60,268 nucleotides of DNA from a virus (taxonomy: Duplodnaviria > Caudoviricetes), in the IMG/VR virus record IMGVR_UViG_3300044501_000024, positions 1-60,268 of that record, one strand, 5' to 3'. The notes under the pieces are model-generated. The model saw only the letters and a program-made list of their open reading frames with translations. It was not told the DNA's origin and made no database searches. The first letter of the stretch is position 1, and the number at the start of each line of letters is the position of its first letter. The translations under genes were made by a program, and so were the position numbers. Positions 57,099 through 60,268 of the stretch are shown piece after piece.

Positions 57099-57347
57099 CC
57101 TTAGCGAGTCACGAGAACCCACAGCAGGGAAATCGACGAAAGGTCCGGCCGCCGGGTCCGGTGACCTACCCGGCAAAAAGCTTTGCGGCGCCAACATGTT
57201 CCACGCTACCGGCTGGCGTGCTCGCGAGCGGGGCGCCGGCTTCTCGGGGAGCCGCAGGCAGGCTTCGATCCGGGAAGAGTTTCTGACCGCCGCGAGAAAT
57301 CTCCCACCACGCGCCCGGCGTGGTACCGGAAGCCTGGGCCGCTAAGG
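57099..57347 (+). ncRNA. Candidate structured RNA (~250 nt, multi-branch)
   Basis: Closing helix CCTTAGCG/CGCTAAGG plus at least six internal helices found by eye. Confidence 0.55.
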
Positions 57348-57359
57348 AGGGCTAGCGTC

Positions 57360-57566
57360 ATGGTCGCTGCCAGTAAATTGGTGAATGAAGCTTCCGAGCC
57401 CTCCGAGATCCCTCGCGAGGCCGGCTGTCTCTGCGGTCACCGCGAGTCGTCGCACGTTCTGTGGAAACCCCAGCCCTGCATAAACTGTGCGTGCAGCTGC
57501 TTCCGACTGGTGAAGCCAGGAGACAAGCGGCTGCGCACCAGCTCCGACGCCAGGAGGGTGACTTGA
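57360..57566 (+). CDS. Small Cys/His zinc-binding protein
   Basis: AAGGAGG RBS and CLCGH..SH..CINCACSCF. Confidence 0.6.
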   Translation: MVAASKLVNEASEPSEIPREAGCLCGHRESSHVLWKPQPCINCACSCFRLVKPGDKRLRTSSDARRVT

Positions 57567-58152
57567 AGCTCCGCGAGATAGCAGAGCGAATTCGAAGGCA
57601 CTTGCAGCGTTTCGAGTCGGACAAGCGTGGAGTCAACAGGCCGCTGAAGACAGGGCTGAGGCCGTTCTTCCTGGCGAACGCCTTCGTCTCCGGCCGCTAT
57701 GTTGGAGTCACCTACGTGTCGTACCAGGGCGCAAGCTACTTGGAGAAGTCCAAGGCCCTGGCGTACCTCGAAGCGCTGGACGCTGGGAGAGCGACCAAGC
57801 ACTACGCTCTGGAGAAATGAACCCGGTCACCAGGATCTCGTCGGAGAGCGCCGGCCGCGTGATCGAGTTGCTGCGGCGGTGGGTGCTCTTGCGGCAGGAC
57901 GACGAGAAGCAGGCCCAAGAGCAGATCAGGGCCGAGATCCGAAACGCGCTCACCAAGCTGACCGAGAGCCCTGGGTTCGCTGGTCGGGCGATGGCCGCGC
58001 GGCGCAAGCGCCCCTATAGGCTGAGCCCGGAAGAAGTCCGGGCCGGCGGACTGGGGTTCGCGCGTGCGCTCTCCGCGATGAGCCCGGAGCAGCGGGCGCA
58101 GGCCACCAGCTTCTGGAAACGCAGGAAGAACCTGAAAGGAAAGTACCGATGA
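57563..58152 (+). other. Two hypothetical genes (57563-57820, 57817-58152)
   Basis: AGGAGG RBS and ATGA overlaps. Confidence 0.55.
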
Positions 58153-58514
58153 GCCTACGCGACGAACGGGCAGAGTTCAGCAAGCACATCTCCGAACTGG
58201 TCCTGTGGTTCGTGGAGAAGTTCGTGGATTGCCAGATCGCCTACGACGAGGTGTCGGTTCACTCACCGCGCGCCGCGCGCCGCGGGGTCGAGCGGCTCAT
58301 GGTGGACGACGCGGTACACATCCCAGCCAGTTTCCACCACTCGGGGCGCGCCGCCGATCTGCTCGTCTGGCGAGACGGCCAGTATGTGGCGGACGGAGAT
58401 GATCCCACCTACTTGGCGCTCGGCGGGAAGTGGAAGAGCCTCGACCCGCGCTGCACATGGGGCGGCGACTTCCCCAGGAAGGACTCGAACCACTTCTCTT
58501 TCGGCGAACGGTAG
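58149..58514 (+). CDS. Endolysin, peptidase M15 family
   Basis: SFH..GRAADL, WGGDF..DSNHFS motifs. Confidence 0.8.
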   Translation: MSLRDERAEFSKHISELVLWFVEKFVDCQIAYDEVSVHSPRAARRGVERLMVDDAVHIPASFHHSGRAADLLVWRDGQYVADGDDPTYLALGGKWKSLDPRCTWGGDFPRKDSNHFSFGER

Positions 58515-58518
58515 CGGC

Positions 58519-58548
58519 TTGACAGCGGTCGCGTAGGGGGCGTAACCT
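58519..58548 (+). promoter_or_regulatory. Promoter TTGACA-N18-TAACCT
   Basis: Intergenic, upstream of the exported-protein genes. Confidence 0.7.
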
Positions 58549-58589
58549 CCAGGCGTTCGGGACGGCCCGTAATGGGAGGGACCCCAACC

Positions 58590-59387
58590 ATGCGCCTTCG
58601 ATCGGCAGCCTGCCTTCTGGCCCTGCTCTCCGCGTTCCTCGCGCTACCAGCGGCCACCCAAGCGCAATCAGGGCAGCTCGTCAGCGGCCTCATGGTGGGG
58701 CGCTACGACCTGGACTCGACTTCCTACCAGTTCTGCCGGCTCCAGGGGCACGCGGGGGGCACCTCGCCCCTCGCCCAGCCTTTCTCGCTGCCGGCCGTGG
58801 TCGAGACCGTGGGGTCGAGCGCCACGTTCACGGCGAGCACGGCGGCCAGCGCGCCGTTCCGCGAGCTGGTGGCCGGAGACGTCCTGGTCATTCCGGTGGC
58901 CGCCGGGGTCACGGCCAGCCCCGTCGCCGTTCTCCGTTCGATCGTCTCGAAGACGAGCAACGACGAGGTGGTGGTCGACGAGGCGTACGACCTGGGGACG
59001 ACCGGCGTACAACTCACGGCCTACGGCCAGGTGTGCGGCACGGGCGACGAAGCCGGGTGGCAGAACATCTCGGCGCTACGCAACGTCCAGGCGACGTTGC
59101 AGATCGACCAGATGAACGGCACCGACGGCATAGACGTCCAGTGGTGGTGCCGTGACGCGCAACCCGATGCGAAGGCCGCCCAGTACTACCCCGACAACTC
59201 GGCGGGCGCCGCCAAGCGCAACTACTCGGCGGCCGGCACCGAGGCCAGGACGCGCGTGGCGTTCGTCGAAGAGGCGAGCTGCGCCCAGATCCGGGTGGGC
59301 ATGAAGTGGGCGACAGGCGACGACGGGGTGGACACGGGGGCGCTCCGAGAACGGATCACGGTGCTCGTGTCGGGAGAACGCAGATGA
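58590..59387 (+). CDS. Exported beta-rich protein (putative virion component)
   Basis: Sec-type signal MRLRSAACLLALLSAFLALPAATQA. Four Cys in the mature region. GGGAGG RBS. Confidence 0.7.
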   Translation: MRLRSAACLLALLSAFLALPAATQAQSGQLVSGLMVGRYDLDSTSYQFCRLQGHAGGTSPLAQPFSLPAVVETVGSSATFTASTAASAPFRELVAGDVLVIPVAAGVTASPVAVLRSIVSKTSNDEVVVDEAYDLGTTGVQLTAYGQVCGTGDEAGWQNISALRNVQATLQIDQMNGTDGIDVQWWCRDAQPDAKAAQYYPDNSAGAAKRNYSAAGTEARTRVAFVEEASCAQIRVGMKWATGDDGVDTGALRERITVLVSGERR

Positions 59388-60268
59388 GGGGCTGGCGCTT
59401 CCTGCTGATGACGGCGACGCTCTTGCTGCTGTCGGCGTTCGCCCAGGCGACGGAGTTGGACGTCGCGCATGGCCGACGTCTACGACTGCGACGAGAGCAG
59501 GCCTGGCTGAGGGGCCCGCGCGTCGCGTCTCTCGCGATGCTCGACGTGCAGGTGCCGCTGCCCGGCCGCGCGACGGCCAGCGGCGGCGGGGGCACCTGGG
59601 GCTCGATCACCGGCACGCTCTCGAACCAGACAGACCTGCAAGCCGAATTGGATGCGAAGGCCGAGACCGACGGGACAAACGTTTGGACGTCCGGCAACGA
59701 GTTCTCGGCCAGCGTCACGTTCAACGTCTCCAGCTCGGTCGGGTTCGAAGGAACGAGCGTGGCAAGCGGACTGTTCACGTTCGGCGGTGCCGCGGGGGCC
59801 GCCAACAGCATCGCGCTCAACGAGACGTCGGGCTGCATCACCTGGGAGGGCTCGACGGCGGACACCATCGAGGGGCGGCTGTGTGTCACCGACCCGACGA
59901 CTTCGGACAAGACGTGGACGCTCCCCAACCTCACGGGGACCGTGCCACTTCTCGAAGTGGCGCAGACGTTCAGCGGCATCCAAACGTTCTCGGACGACAC
60001 CATCTTCGAGAGCCGCGTAGGGGGCAGCCCAGTCGTAGCCGGGGATCCTGTCATCACGATCAACAACACAGCGGGCACGACCAGAACCCTGACGTTTGGG
60101 ATGCACACGGACGTCAATGTCGGTGCCTATTTCTTCACCAATACAGGAGGCATCCACCTGTTCGGGGCGAACAGCCAGATATACTTCAACGGTACGGCTA
60201 CGAGCAAGCTCGCCCCGGCGTTAGCCCCGGACAGCACGCAGTCCCTTGGCTTCTACTACGACCAGAGC
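59384..60268 (+). CDS. Tail-fibre-like protein with N-terminal signal peptide (continues to 589)
   Basis: Translated by hand: MRGWRFLLMTATLLLLSAFAQA...WGSITGTLSNQTDLQAELDAK...TSDKTWTLPNLTGTV. No stop before the end of the window. Confidence 0.8.
   Translation, partial: MRGWRFLLMTATLLLLSAFAQATELDVAHGRRLRLRREQAWLRGPRVASLAMLDVQVPLPGRATASGGGGTWGSITGTLSNQTDLQAELDAKAETDGTNVWTSGNEFSASVTFNVSSSVGFEGTSVASGLFTFGGAAGAANSIALNETSGCITWEGSTADTIEGRLCVTDPTTSDKTWTLPNLTGTVPLLEVAQTFSGIQTFSDDTIFESRVGGSPVVAGDPVITINNTAGTTRTLTFGMHTDVNVGAYFFTNTGGIHLFGANSQIYFNGTATSKLAPALAPDSTQSLGFYYDQS
60142..60268. repeat. Terminal direct repeat copy 2
   Basis: Identical to 1-127. 127 is a common assembler k-mer size. Confidence 0.97.

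Noticed and set aside
57061-57150. Resemblance to a c-di-GMP-I (GEMM) riboswitch (CGCAAAGCC, GAAA loop)
   Set aside because: It lacks the upstream GGCAAA element and the correct helix order, and it overlaps a coding end.
57091-57345. 84-aa ORF over the structured region
   Set aside because: It has an ATGA overlap but weak codon bias and low-information sequence. RNA structure explains the region better, though the ORF is not fully excluded.
60142-60268. 127-bp terminal repeat as a biological DTR
   Set aside because: The length equals a common assembly k-mer and it lies mid-gene, so it is better explained as circular overlap.
1-60268. CRISPR array, tRNA, reverse transcriptase/DGR, alternative genetic code
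   Set aside because: No repeat-spacer array, cloverleaf or RT motif was seen. Core genes are intact under the standard code and all three stops are used.

Overview
The window looks like a complete, circularly assembled ~60.1 kb GC-rich tailed-phage genome: bases 1-127 are repeated exactly at 60142-60268. The plus strand from ~58.5 kb through the junction to 40.2 kb carries the late/structural genes. These are exported fibre-like proteins, holin-like genes, terminase, portal, GroES, scaffold, major capsid, podovirus-type tail/ejection genes and a 3395-aa polyvalent protein. A minus-strand early arm (40.2-49.7 kb) holds DUF932, a TOPRIM protein, RecE/RecT-like genes and an HTH gene. A plus-strand arm (49.8-58.5 kb) holds a replication initiator, MmcB-like and NinG-like genes and an M15 endolysin. 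I see no integrase, polymerase, helicase, tRNA or CRISPR array. The top candidate for an undescribed system is two small genes overprinted in the +1 frame inside the giant protein gene (29035-29253 and 33070-33246). Each sits right after a putative effector domain and has its own RBS and candidate internal sigma70-like promoter, suggesting nested inhibitor/immunity genes for a virion-delivered multi-effector protein. Other highlights: a genome-wide 18-bp-spacer promoter family with an internal GACA direct repeat; a shared [SR]-[AP]-M-G-x-[AV]-[VI]-basic peptide in five neighbouring small proteins; tail-fibre-like proteins with signal peptides; and a ~250-nt highly structured RNA. All family names come from motif recognition, not database searches.
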